A stretch of 63,911 nt of DNA, filler included, from Collodictyon triciliatum (lineage: Eukaryota), in assembly GCA_043381765.1 (NCBI GenBank). It is 7 parts of 7 records of this genome, joined end to end, with 100 filler letters (N's around TTAATTAATTAA, not from the genome) between each part and the next. Parts side by side here need not be neighbours in the genome. Positions count along the whole stretch, not along the records: positions 45,683 to 59,460 come from JBHJMP010002435.1; positions 59,561 to 62,176 come from JBHJMP010002486.1; positions 62,277 to 63,911 come from JBHJMP010002493.1; 4 more parts are not named here. One strand, given 5' to 3'. Of this stretch, positions 51,215 to 63,911 are shown in pieces. Within the stretch, counting starts at the first letter, position 1, and each line of letters opens with the position of its first letter. A program made the position numbers and the translations under genes. A model generated the notes under the pieces. That model was given only the letters and a program-made list of their open reading frames with translations. It was not told where the DNA came from and did no database searches.

Positions 51215-52510
51215 ATGAAGTCGCTCTGCGTTGTTGTTGCTGTTGTTGTTTCGTTGGCACTCTCCGTTGCTGGGGATGGAAATAACAAGTGCATTTGGAC
51301 TACGTCTGAGAAAGTTTATGATTTTACACCGCTGATCAGATCAGGGTAAGAAGGAGTGTTTCGTCTTTTTATCTGAGGTTCTTTCCAAGTTGTGCACTGG
51401 ATTTGAAAATAAAATAATGCGCTCAATCATCTCTTAATACCTGAAATGATGTCTTTAAAAGCTATTCTGCAAGGTGTTGATCTATTTACGCACAAAAAAA
51501 AAAGAAGTTCTTTTCACTAAAGTAAAGACCCTACATCATCTTTGCTTCTGTATATACTAGCGGATTCTACGCGGGAGTTGAGCCACCAGAGGTCTACTAT
51601 GAACTCAACTTCTGTGCCGAGGCTGTCTCGAGATCTTGCGCTTCGTATATTTATCTCTATATTCGTTTCATCATTATTATAATCATATATATCACTACGC
51701 ATATGCATCATAAGTTACTTTTATTTCAAACCCTGCATATGTATGATTGGGATGAATCTTCTGAAAATATTCTTTAAAAAAATAGAAGCAATATGACATC
51801 GATGGGCATCGAAATTATCGATGGCCAGTGCAGTTCGATAGTCCCCAAGGATTCAAGCCCCACATTTTCCTTTGTGAATGGTACAATATATTTGTCGATG
51901 GCTACCATATCCACTAGACTTTATGTTGAAGATTATTGCATACGATATTTTCCTGTTATCTATTAGGAAGAGAATTTAATAATATACTATGAGCCTTTTT
52001 TTTATTTTTATCTTTTTTTTTTTAACTTTCTTTCGGAGGAAAAGCATCTGGAGCTCAGAAATCAATAAGTCATTACAAAAATATACAAATAAAATCAATC
52101 ACGATATTTATACAATTTGCGCTGAATTGTAGGTAAAAACGACGTGGATGGTATCCTAATGAGATTTTCGGACGGTGAAAAATCCCTAGTATATGAGCTC
52201 ATATGCAAAAGCGGTTTGTATCCAGCAGAGCCATTTGAGGTGACATTTATGTGCAAAATTAAGGCGATCATTGTGTATTCCAATATATAACTTCAACCCA
52301 AAATAAAAAGAAAAATGATTGAAAAGAATGACAAGGAAATCAACCATCTTACTCGCTTCATCCAATCACATCTCGTATAGCCCTCGCTCACAAACATATT
52401 GTTAGATAATCCTCAATCAGAGGGAATACAAAGCCATCAGACTGGGAACTTCATGCGCTTGCGGAACCAGTCTTCCTAACAAGGAGCCGGGAGTTATTCT
52501 GAACCTCTAA
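51215..52510 (+). CDS. Small secreted protein with one mannose-6-phosphate-receptor-homology (MRH)-like domain; exons 51215-51345, 51561-51644, 51786-51880, 52133-52239, 52406-52510 (173 aa)
   Basis: Five GT-AG exons splice in frame: MKSLCVVVAVVVSLALSVAG-DGNNKCIW..VYDFTPLIRS..YYELNFC..C..C..GILMRFSDG..LVYELIC..IRLGTSCAC. YDLxPL, YxxNxC and TxxAC are MRH hallmarks. Absent from the ORF track. Confidence 0.7.
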
Positions 52511-52815
52511 GCAGAAGCTGAGCTGGATGCGATCCGCACTCACAATGAGACATGACATCCCGAGCAAGCATCCCAAAAAAAAAATTGCCGAGATATGATG
52601 GACAACAGAAGAGAATAAAAGCATAAAAAAAATATCTTCCACAAGCAGAAAAAAAATTTTTTTTTTCTCTGCTTCGGTCGCTGCTTACAAATCCGTCCGA
52701 GGGGATAATCTGTCTTTTGCTGTCGCCAAGAAATGACACAACATCGGCAAAGAGAGCGACCCACAAAGAAAACAAAGAGAACTTGCAAACGAGGCATTCT
52801 TATACTCACACCAGA

Positions 52816-55513
52816 ATGGATCGGCCTGCGCTTCCTCCGGTGCCGAGTCATCTGCCTCCGCCTCCGCCAACAACTACAACAACTCCAACAACTTCAATTC
52901 CAACAACTTCAGCAACTTCAACAACTCCAACAACTTCAACAACAAAGCAAAACCTTGCATCCGTGCCTGACTCAGCAACGCGTGTGGCCGTCCCAAAACG
53001 ACCGCCCCCGCCAATCCCATGCGACTCTTCTTCAAACTCGAGTTCTTTATCACAGCCATCAACACCGCTTTCTGGGCAGACCGCAAACCCGCCTCTTCCG
53101 CAACCGCCTGTGCGACGAGCACCAAACACCCCGACGCAGACGCAGATACCACCATCACAATCACAATCACAATCACAATCACAATCACAATCACAATCAC
53201 AATCACAATCACAATCATCCGCAGCACCTCTTTCCCCACGACGCGGACAAGTGGCAAACTTCTCTCTCAGTGGTGTCTCTGATCTGCTCCACTCGTTGAT
53301 TCGTGGCAAAGAGGCAAATACTTCTCCGCGCAGCACTCGCAATCTCAGCGCCGGATCGCTGCCGGACTCGCTTTCCACCCGCTCCAATGTGTCCGCCCAA
53401 TCGGCCTCATCGCCCGTCCAGTCCTCGCATTCGACCAGCCATGATAATCACGTGCAGCTGCAGTATCGTGCTACCGTTCAGATCATGGGTTCTATTCCAG
53501 TTATTTCCACATTCTCGTCCGCCGGAGGAGCGCGTTTGTCGACGGCGACTTCAATCAGCGCTGCGACTCAGGCGGGATTGTTTGAGGAGAGTTATGGGTT
53601 TGCAGATGATGGAGCAGATAAGAGACGCTCCGCAAGTTTGGTTCTTTTGGAGGAGCGCGCAGAAGAAACAAAGATGCAAATGTGTACGCAGGGGCTCGTC
53701 TACTTTTATCTTGAGAATGAGGAGCTGCAATCAGATTATCTCCAGGCGTGGATGATGCTCCCTGTTGCAAACGCGCAGGTGCAGTTGGTCGTTCCTTAAT
53801 TAATTCTTAGTCTTTATCATGTATTTATATTTATATTTATATTTATATATCTTTTGTATTTTGCATGTCTGTGGAACCTAATGAAAAAATCGCTGACTTG
53901 AAGTTGATATCAAATTTCCTTTGTGTTTGTGTTTGTGTTTGTGTTATTATTTATTACCGTCATCACTATTGCGATTGTTTTTTTCTTCTTTTTATATTTA
54001 TTGTCTCTTTAATTGCTGCTTGTTGTAAGGTCTTCCTGGTTGCTACATCGAACGGTAATCTCTTTCGACTTCTTGGGGCTGCTATCACTGTGTCTCAGAG
54101 TATAAAAACGATCATCAGATATGCAAAAATTGCCTGTGGAAATTGTCCATTGGAGGTAAATGATTCGTTTTTCTTTGCTTTTTCTTTGCTTTTCTTTGCT
54201 TCTTTGGCCTGCAAACCAGTTTCATCAATAGATATTTTCTATTCTCCTTTCTTGGATTTTATATTGTTTCCAAGATTGATAAACCATGGAAGAGAAGAAA
54301 ATGCTGTTTGTTTCAACACAGAACTCCCGACGGCATATCGAGGAGTATATTGCATCAGCCGAGGAAAGATATGAGTATTTGATAAAATGTACAACAAACT
54401 GCCAGCAAAAAAGGGACGATAAAGTGGCACGACATCAGGTTTAGTTGTCGTTTTTCTTCTCTCAATTAAATTCAGTGCTTTTATTTTTATAGAGCCGCAT
54501 TAATATTATGTTATGTCATCATACTCTAGGATTTTCTGCCATAAAATAATATCATTAGTAAAACTGCTATCATTTTTATAATATGCCTCTGTCTACTCGG
54601 GGCGGCTTATTTCCAACTGCAGTTGATGAGTGCTGTAAAATCCTTTCAACATGCGGCTCAACAACTTATTTCTATTGGTGCTGGGCAGATTGAAGAAAAA
54701 TCCACGGAGTATATGACAGGAGAATCAATAAATGATCCATTAATTACACTCGGAGTACAATTTATCGAAGTTTGTTTCCAAAAAAAATAATCAATTTTGT
54801 ATGTATCTTGGAAAAAAATTGATTTAATTTTAACCCATGTCTAAAAACGAATCAACTGATAATAGCAAATTGAGGCCGTCTCTGACATCCAGAGCTTTGA
54901 CCAATTTTGTCCTGACCTTACCCGAATTAATGCCACTTACATATCTGCCATACACCAAAGAGCTGCAACTTGCAAAACCACATCCTTGCGTAGGTGTCTT
55001 CATGATGTAACCAAAGAACTCAGGTCCCGATTTATTCATATATACCATTAGATTTGTCATTTTTTGGCTATTGATTTTTATTTTGATAAACTCCACCTTT
55101 GTATCGAATATATCGCTTTTTCCGATACAGGAATTTTACTTCATGTTTTAATAATAAATCTTTAGCTCACATCACACCGAGCTCCTTGAATTTGCCAAAG
55201 GATATTCATCAGACCCTTCATTTTCCAAAAAATACCATACTGCGAGGTTTTTTGTTTGTTTTTGTACTTGTTTTGTACTTGTCTTTATTCTTGTTTTTGT
55301 TCTTGTTTTTGTTCTTGTTTTTGTTCTTTTTTTGTTCTTGTTTTGTTTTTTTGTTTTTTGTTTTTTTGTTTTTTGTTTTTTGTTTTTCTTAAGCTTTATG
55401 TTATATTATATTTAATGTATTTATATTATTAAGTGACTCTAAATTCATGTGTCATTTTAGTTTGCTTACGCCAACTCAAATATTTAAAGTATGCTTACCC
55501 AGTGATGGTTTTA

Positions 55514-55599
<86 letters not shown>

Positions 55600-58500
55600 G
55601 TTTTTATTATTGTTATTATTATTGTTATTATTATTGTTATTATTATTTTATAGACACAATTTGAAAGAATTGAAATCTAAGGCGTCAGCAATATCCACCA
55701 TTATTGTTTTGTGTCAATTGGCTGAAAAATGTGCCACTGCCTCAATCAATAAGCTGAAATCTCACATTGAAAGCTTGGTGAAGCAAATGCCGAAATTTGA
55801 ACAAGCATGTTCCTTTTTTTCATTTGCATTTCTATAATTTTTCCTGCAATATGGTGCTTACACATTATTATCTGCTTTTTATCTCATAATTTCCATCTTG
55901 CGCGGATGATGTAGAATATTCAGTCGTATTTAACGGATGTGCTCCAAGTTATAACCGAAATGGAGTCAGAATTGGAATTGTTATCCACAGTTACTTCCAA
56001 TATTTCTTCGATTAATCAAATAGGAGTATATGTATGGTCCAAAGGAAGTAAATTCATGGATATAATTACAAAGAATCCTGGGTGAGTATATTTATATAAA
56101 CACGTCTATATTGTCTGTTATTTATTATCTATTGTTAGGGTATATCGTAAATTTAAAAACAAAGCGTAATAATTTCTTTAAACAAACCTATTTTAAGGGC
56201 TATAAAGGACATGTTCAGTCAAGTGAATATTCGAAAGCTGTACCTTCGTCGTGCATACGGCATATTTGATTCAAGCTATCTCTTTATGTTGAGCTGTCGT
56301 GCTGTCTCGAACTCGAATGCAGTGTAAAACCTTGCCTTCTTTGTAAATCAACACCCTTTTAATGTTTATCATTATCGTAAAGTGTTTCTTTTTAATTATG
56401 AATATACCGTTTTATTAGTTTATTGTTTTTATTTTATTTTTATTTTTTTATTTTTTAAATTTTATTTTCCATCGGATTAATATCAATGTTCAATTGCAGA
56501 GACCACTCTCTCCTTTTTCAAGTCACATCGTTGTCATGGACAATCTGCAACTCTGTCGCAGAATTCACAGACCTCATTATAATGAGCCGAAATATGAAAA
56601 TGGCTCTCTACCAACGGTCCTCAGACATTGTGCCAGATATGGGCCTGTATGGAAGTGTTTCGAAAACACCCAAAATTGCAGCATCAGAGAAGTTGGATTT
56701 GATGCACACAGACCCAACAAGTATATGGGCTGAAGTAGACTCAGGTCGCACTGATAACGTAATTTTCGGGTATGCTTTAATGAAATTTATGGTGCATTAT
56801 CTTTCAGAAAGTTGGTCCTCTAAGATGCTTTGACAGAATAGCTAAATGGCTGTCTTCGTCATATACTAAGTCTCCTTTCTAGACCTTTTGATTCATTTGA
56901 TCCCTGTTAAGTTTTTTAATCGTCAGTTTCTATACTCAGAGACCAGGATGGTACAATGAAACTTAGAGCTGCTTCCATAAATAAGCTGATCGAAAGACTT
57001 ACTTNNNNNNNNNNNNNNNNNNNNNNNNNNNNNNNNNNNNNNNNNNNNNNNNNNNNNNNNNNNNNNNTTTTTTAAAAAAAAAAAAAAGTAAATGTGAAAA
57101 CTAGACCAACAATTTAAGTATCCTGTGAAGATTAACAATACAATTTGTTCCTACTATCTTGATTTCAGATATGGACTTTGTAATGGCTTTTTTGGCTACT
57201 TACCGGTCTTTCATTTCCCCTCAGAACCTAATGGATAAATTATTTGAAAGGTTTCTGCTTAACATGTCTACACAACTTCAATCTATATATTTGTATTTAA
57301 CATAAAGTGCCATCGAAATACTTTGAATCGAATAAAGGGAAAAAAATAAAGTGCCATCGAAATCAAACAGATATCACGTCCCTGAGAAATACAGCAGTCA
57401 AGCTAATGTAATAAAACTGAGAGTTTGTAACTTCATTCATCATTGGCTTCGCGCTGGGGTAATTAATAAGTTTTTAGATTAATTGCATATTTTAAGATAA
57501 AATTTTGATCTTATATCTTTGAAGAGTATGTAACTTCCTGTAATTGACACAAACTCAAAAAAAAATTCATAAACTATGTATTATCGCATTATTGCACATA
57601 TGCTCTTCTTTCTTTTTATTTTTATCTTTATTACACCATCCAGAAGTTTTGCATATATCATATAAATCTTTTTCATGTATTGGTATTGTCAGATTGAAAA
57701 ATGAACAATGAATGTTTTAAATAGTCTGATGACTTGGACGAGAATCTTATTTCGAGGCTGGAGAAATTCATCGAGGATTTCAAAGCGTTATCATTTCGCT
57801 CAGAGGCACATATTGCCAGTAAGCTAGAAAAGGACATCAAACAGGTATGGCGTCCTGATTAATTTTTAATACATTTGATTGAACAAATGTTTCGTTTTTA
57901 AAAGAAAAATTGGATAATAATATAGTTTTGGCTATAAAAACAGGTTAAAATTCAGCAACAAGAAGAAATCATCGAAAAATGGACTCGCCAACTGAGCGTA
58001 TTTTTTTTTGTTATCCTTTAATTTTTATATTTGGCTCTTACGAATGAATGTGTCCTTGTAATATCATCTGATGATATTCAAATTATGTATGGCATTTGAT
58101 TGTTTCTGTGAAAAAAAATATTTAAGACAACTTCAATTGATATTAGCATTTGGAGGATGTTTGGCCTAATCGAATATTGGAGGCTGACGTTGACTCGATC
58201 GCGGAACAGATTTCGCTGATTGATTTTTCAATTTTTGGCAACATCAAAGTAAACTGATCAAAGAAAATCACTGGAACCTTTGTTTATTTAGATTATTTAC
58301 TTTTTAGAATTTATATACTGAAATTTCATAATAAAAAAAAACCTTTATTTTTTTATCATATCTGGGGTTGGGTCCACCGCTAATTTTGAGTCTCCTTTTT
58401 ATGTAAAAAGAGATCATATTAAAATATTATTGATTGCAAAAGTGCCACGAATTGTTGGACCAGTCCTGGAATAAACCACACCGCCGCCACCATTCTCCCC

Positions 58501-59460
58501 ATGTGGTCTCTATGATTGCTCGATTCAATTGGATATCTTACTGGGTTGTTAGCTCCATTCTTTGGCAAGGTAGTTTTCATAATAGGACTGAATATTTGGT
58601 GGTATGATTTCACTATCCCAAAATCAAGTTCAATCATGTAATAACTGCATTAGCTTTCCCAATAATAAAACCCTTTTTATTTTATTTTACAATATAGACC
58701 AAATAAGAAAACGTACAAAGCTCATCAGCAAATTTATACTTATTGCAGAGGCCAGTCATTTTATGCTAATCTTTTTGTTTTTGTTCTTGTTTTTACCGAA
58801 AAGATAATGCATTCCTCTCGTATTAGATTTCATACATACATTCTGGAAATGTGTATCGCACGAAGAAAAATTCATTTTCCTTTCTTTTCTAGTCACTCTG
58901 CAAACTTAACAACTTTAACTCGCTGATGGCAATCTTATCTGGACTGAATCTGACACCGATTCACAGGCTTCGTGTAGCAGTTGATGATTTACCTTCAAAA
59001 TCAAAACAGGTTTACTTGTCTTATAGAAGATGAAGGGCAATATATTTATAGTGCTAAAAAACATTCGTTTCGTGTCAAAAAGATATGAATTCTATCAGTT
59101 CAGAATATATTGCTAATTCTTCTATCTTCCCCTTTATGATTTTTTTTAAAACGAATCAGATATGGGCTGAAATACAAGACTTGATGAGTAGTAATGGTTC
59201 CTACAAGAAATACCGAAATGCATTGAGACAAGCGAAACCACCTTGTATTCCATTCCTGTAAGAAACCGAAGTCAAAGTCATTTTTCATTTATACGCATTT
59301 TTCTCTGTTTTTTTTAATTATCTGGGAGACGAAAGAAAAAAAGGATTGCATGGTCGAATTATTAACCTTGGCTACTAAATAAATTGAACTACCATCATAT
59401 GACCGCGCGTCATTTTTATAGAGGTATGCGCATTAATATGTTGATTTTTCTATATAGTAT
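52816..59460 (+). CDS. RasGEF (Pro/Ser-rich N-terminus, helical middle, REM plus CDC25 domain), many exons, 3' truncated
   Basis: RAASINKLIERLT, FVMAFLATYRSF, LRVCNFIHHW, IAEQISLIDF, ELLDQSWNK..SPHVVSMIARFNWISYWV, RTKLISKFILIAE|SLCKLNNFNSLMAILSGLN..IHRL, YKKYR..PPCIPFL. Confidence 0.88.
57320..57345 (+). mobile_element. 26-bp solo LINE 3'-tail insertion with perfect 18-bp TSD, inside a RasGEF intron
   Basis: ATAAAGTGCCATCGAAAT (57302-57319) + ACTTTGAATCGAATAAAGGGAAAAAA + ATAAAGTGCCATCGAAAT (57346-57363). The insert is identical to the LINE end starting at 15702. Confidence 0.9.
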
Positions 59461-60478
59461 NNNNNNNNNNNNNNNNNNNNNNNNNNNNNNNNNNNNNNNN
59501 NNNNTTAATTAATTAANNNNNNNNNNNNNNNNNNNNNNNNNNNNNNNNNNNNNNNNNNNNAAAAAAAAAAAAAAAAAAAAAGAAAAAAAAGTAAAAAAGT
59601 AAAAAAAAGAAAAAAAAAAAGGAGATTCGCCCCAGTAGTTACTCTGTAGCTGCGCAAAGAGAGCAAAGTTGTCTTCGTCACAGAAAGCTCCCACTTCACA
59701 ACAAACGCGCCGCCCTATCTCCAACCTCAGACACATTATCTTACTTAAAAGCCCTCTCCATTCTGCCTCAACGCAGGCTCCCTTCAACCAAGTCCCCAGA
59801 TTCTCACAGACGCACCAGACGATTCCTTCGTGGCAGCAAAGATGGGGCAGATGAAGTGTTTGTTTTTGAGGCAGAAAGGGATGCGCGAGTGTGGGGAATC
59901 CCTGTTAATCCGCCATACAGTGTGGGTTTATTGACATGGCTTTGCTTTTGACATGATTCGGACGAAAGGGGCGAAGCGGGATTTAGAAATAAATATAGAA
60001 ATAAATAAACAAATAAACAAATAAATCAATAGTTGTGTGTTTATTGCAATAAGTAGGGCAGTGAGGTTTACATCACACCCCAGACAAACTATTCATGTGC
60101 GCCCACCGTTTTCTTCTCTCTTCTCTTCATCATATATATGTATATTTTTTGCAATGAGAGTATACTCGAAATAGAGAAGGAGGGAAAGAAAGGAGAAGGA
60201 GGAGAAGGAGAAGGAGAAGGAGAAGGAGAAGGAGAAGGAGAAGGAGAAGGAGAAGGAGAAGGAGAAGGAGAAGGAGAAGGAGAAGGAGAAGGAGAAGGAG
60301 AAGGAGAAGAAGGTTCGGCAGAATGCGAATGAATTTGCACCAACTGAGCGCGAAGAGGTATAATGAGAGATTTATTCGACGGAAGTAGGAATCGGTGCGT
60401 GATTAGTGTACATGATAACGGCATAAGATAAAGCAGAAACGGAAAAACAGAGAGAACCCCCAGCAATTAGATTCTCAT

Positions 60479-61981
60479 TTAGACGATAGGCAGAGACCGC
60501 CATTTGTCGAGAAGATGGACGAGGAACCATTCCAGGTCGACTCGCGGAGCGCTATAGAATTCGAAATGGTCAGTTGGATAAATCAAACACATTGAGTGAA
60601 AATTTCTTGACCAGAAATAATATGCGTAGGTAAATACTATTCGGAAGTGAATGCATCATAAATTGGGTAATAAAAAGACATAGTCTCTTTAGATAAGCAT
60701 ACAACCTTGTAATTATTCGTTTACTGAAAAAAAAAGTATATGATTCGACATAATGGATTGATAATTATTTTTAGGGAATATACTTCGGGTCTGGATACGT
60801 GTTATCGGCTATTTTTGACTTCATATCGGCCACTATCTCCTCAGCGTTTGTAACTTCTCCAAAAACACTATCAACCACGTGTTCTGCTCGATAAGACGGT
60901 ATCATAATCGGTCCGCGTTGTTGGGTAAGTGAGGTTGCGTTCACTTGGTGCATGACTAGGCCGAGGCAGTGTCTAGTAATAGTTGTATTAGAGCGAGAAA
61001 GATGGTCATTACATATCACATATCATACAGATTAAGTACGAAACATTAATACAAACAATAATAAAAATAAAATAGAAATAAAAAAATAATAACAAACAGA
61101 GACAAACCAGAAACAAGCAGAAAAGAGAAAAAAATATTAATTGCGACGTGCGCACTAAATAAGCTCCACATTGTTTCATGTAAATTAGTGTTTACATATA
61201 AAAATTCAGGTCTTCGAGACTAAGCTCTTCATCATAGCCACAAAAGCGGGCAAACAATTGAATTTGCGGATGACCACGAATGCATTGTTTTAAAGACCGG
61301 ACAAACGTATTTAAGTGCTGTTTTTTATGTGAATTATTGAAAATTAAAAAAATTAAATATTGATAAGGTGAATGAGTGACACGTTCTAATCGAACAATGT
61401 TAGATAATTAGGGAAAACCTGCTCGGCCAGTGATTTCAGGCCATATTTTTGCAGAAAGATATCACGAACAAACTGTGATAACGATATATAAAGCACCTAT
61501 TTTGACACCGTATTAGAATGAACAAGATGTATTTATTTGTCTAGGGTTTCTTAATCCTGAGAAAATAAAACGATATATTTCATTAATTGTTAATGTAATT
61601 TTTTTCTTCGGAAAAAACAAAAATAACTAACTTTCGGGTCTTTGTTTTTGGCATGAACGCGGTCGATATAGAATTGGAATATTCGCTTTCGTAATAAATT
61701 TGCCTTTGTTACATAGGATTGGTTTGCTGGTACATCTTTCGTTTCGGCTGGGATGATAAAGAGGAATAAGGAAGGAATTACTCGATGTGAACTGGGTGTA
61801 AATATAAGCAAAATAATTCTGCAGCGAGCTTGATTAACCTTGTGTAAAGCTACACAACTTTGCGTTGGTCGTAGGGACTATTGGCTCGCTCACGCGGACT
61901 CTTGGGTCGGTTATCGCCGGATGAATCGTATTGATTGGCGTTTGCTCGGCTGTTCGGTTTGCCATCGGAGTTCCCAAATCC
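60479..61981 (-). CDS. Hypothetical multi-exon protein, 3' part
   Basis: Spliceable exons ..LLRKRIFQFYIDRV..|FVRDIFLQKYGLKSLAEQ|HLNTFVRSLK..QLFARFCGYDEELSLEDLNFY..|..LEWFLVHLLDKWRSLPIV*. The family is not firmly recognised. Confidence 0.5.
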
Positions 61982-62477
61982 TGATTATTATTTATTTTGA
62001 GTTTGGGCGTACAAGAATCATATATTGATCCAATATCACTGAATTCGTATCCACATCCACATCCACATCCACATCCACATCCACATCCACATCCACATCC
62101 ACATCCACATCCACATCCACATCCACATCCACATCCACATCCACATCCACACATCCACACATCCACACATCCACATNNNNNNNNNNNNNNNNNNNNNNNN
62201 NNNNNNNNNNNNNNNNNNNNTTAATTAATTAANNNNNNNNNNNNNNNNNNNNNNNNNNNNNNNNNNNNNNNNNNNNAAAAGCCCAACCCCCTATATCTTG
62301 CAAAAAGAGAAATTTTAGGGAAAAAAAAAAAAAAAAAAAAGTCAAAAAAAATAAAAAAAAAAAAAAAAAAAAGAATATAGTCAACAACACTATTATTTTT
62401 ATCAAATAGTTCTTAATGAAATAGTCGAGTATTAGTTTAATAGTAATCATGTTGAGTAAAATTTTTAATTTTTGCGG

Positions 62478-63829
62478 TTACTGACCTTGGTTTAGGCAAC
62501 GTTTCACATCATATCCGTCACTATAGGTTAGCCCATTCATCAAACATAATTTGGAATCTTCCATAAAAATAATAGGATAGTTTTGTAACGGGGGACTGTT
62601 GTTGGTTTCTATGATAGTTGCGTTGCTAAATTCCAAATCTATTATCGAAATAGTATCTCCTTGTATAGAGTAAGTCGAATATTTATAAATTCCTCCCCAA
62701 ATCCAAAGACGTTTCCCGATCGAAAAAGTGTGCATCCTGTAGCTGCAAATATAAACACTCTCTAGGGACCAATCTACATCCCATCGGGTCCATACCCCTT
62801 GATCTAATGATTGTAAAAAAATATACATAATCATTTCAGGCTAAATATTGAATACTGTGTACTGATACATAAAAGCAAATTTTTAATATTTGGGGAAATT
62901 AATAAGGTTATTAAAATAAATGATATTATATTTATCTATATAGTTAGATAAATATAATATCAAATAAATGAATAGTCATAAGTGTTTTTTTTTGGTTCAT
63001 CAAATTACCGATGGAAAACTTCATAGTTGTCCCGCATCTGTCTTCAAACATATGCGAACCACTTAACAGATATATGGTTTTATTGTAATAAGATATTACC
63101 TATAATGTTTCAAATTCAATATATATATATATATCCCAAAGAAAAAAAAAGAGAAACGGGGGCATCCATGACTATGGAAATTACTCTTACAATGTCTGGT
63201 ACTAATGGTATGCAAAGTTCTTCCAAGGGTGTACAGTCTCTTTCTTTATGGATCAGAGTCCACGTCTTTGATGCTTGGAATCATTAAATTTCATAATTTA
63301 ATAGCAAAATTTACGGAGATGGCTATTAAAAACTCTTGAACGATACTGCAAAAGATTGTGTGTTGCAATTTAAAAAAAAAATTCTCAGTAGAATGATGAA
63401 TCACATATGCTATAGTGATAAAAATGAACCCATTACCAGTATTAAACTTCCAAAAATCATTCAAAAATTGGTAATTATGGTAAGGAGAATATCCTCCAAC
63501 TGTGTAAACATCACCATATACAGATACGCAAGCTGCAATAGCCGAACGTTTGCTCGGGTAATAATGCAGACTGCTCCAGTTCCACGAATATGTATCTATA
63601 CAGGAAAAATAATAATTAAATAAAAATGAGTTGCGGCAGCAAATATGGTTGGACTAAGAAAACCTGATTCAAGTCTCCAAATATCATTTAATAGCTCCTT
63701 GGATACTCCAGAATACAAAAATAAAGTGTCTTGAACGGAAACAAAAGTGGCTCCTTGTCTTGACGGAGGTTTTAGGATTGGGAGGGAGGATTGATTTTGA
63801 TAATTTTCTCTAAAGATAACAGCCATCAC
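62478..63829 (-). CDS. Kelch-repeat protein fragment, multi-exon
   Basis: PPSRQGATFVSVQDTLFLYSG..LLNDIWRL, PSKRSAIAA..VYTVGGY..FLNDFWKF, KRLWIWGG. Confidence 0.7.
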
Positions 63830-63911
63830 ACCTTTTTTTTAAAAAAAAAATCAAATACAAAAAAAACAAAAAAACAAAAAAACAAAAAAACAAAAAAACA
63901 AAAAAACAAAA

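Noticed and set aside
59640-59854. Possible terminal exon of a plus-strand gene
   Set aside because: Short, low complexity and at a contig edge; no supporting motif.

Overview
Eukaryotic (protist, amoebozoan-like by gene content; this is inference) draft-genome DNA, not one continuous locus. Seven unrelated contigs are joined by artificial N44-TTAATTAATTAA-N44 spacers, with three internal N gaps. Genes have GT-AG introns (two well-supported GC-AG), introns are full of microsatellites, and GC content varies strongly. Genes rebuilt by hand: a GT92-like glycosyltransferase; an NLR-like STAND NTPase-pentapeptide-WD40-SEL1 protein; alpha-actinin; a type I membrane protein with two Cu/Zn-SOD folds that lack metal ligands; an LRR/Cys-rich/multi-TM receptor with one LRR per 69-nt exon; a BORCS5-like gene; RasGAP and BCH-RhoGAP halves that may be one fusion gene across a gap; a mitochondrial oxoglutarate/malate-type carrier; the 3' part of V-ATPase A; a PPKL-type phosphatase with C-terminal EF-hands; a small secreted MRH-domain protein missed by the ORF track; a RasGEF; a kelch protein; and a decayed histone H4. 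Two degenerate L1/Tx1-like LINE fragments are present. The ~26-36 bp 3' tail of one of them recurs four more times as solo insertions, two flanked by 18-23 bp duplications (one clean, one inside a microsatellite). All calls come from reading motifs; no searches were run.
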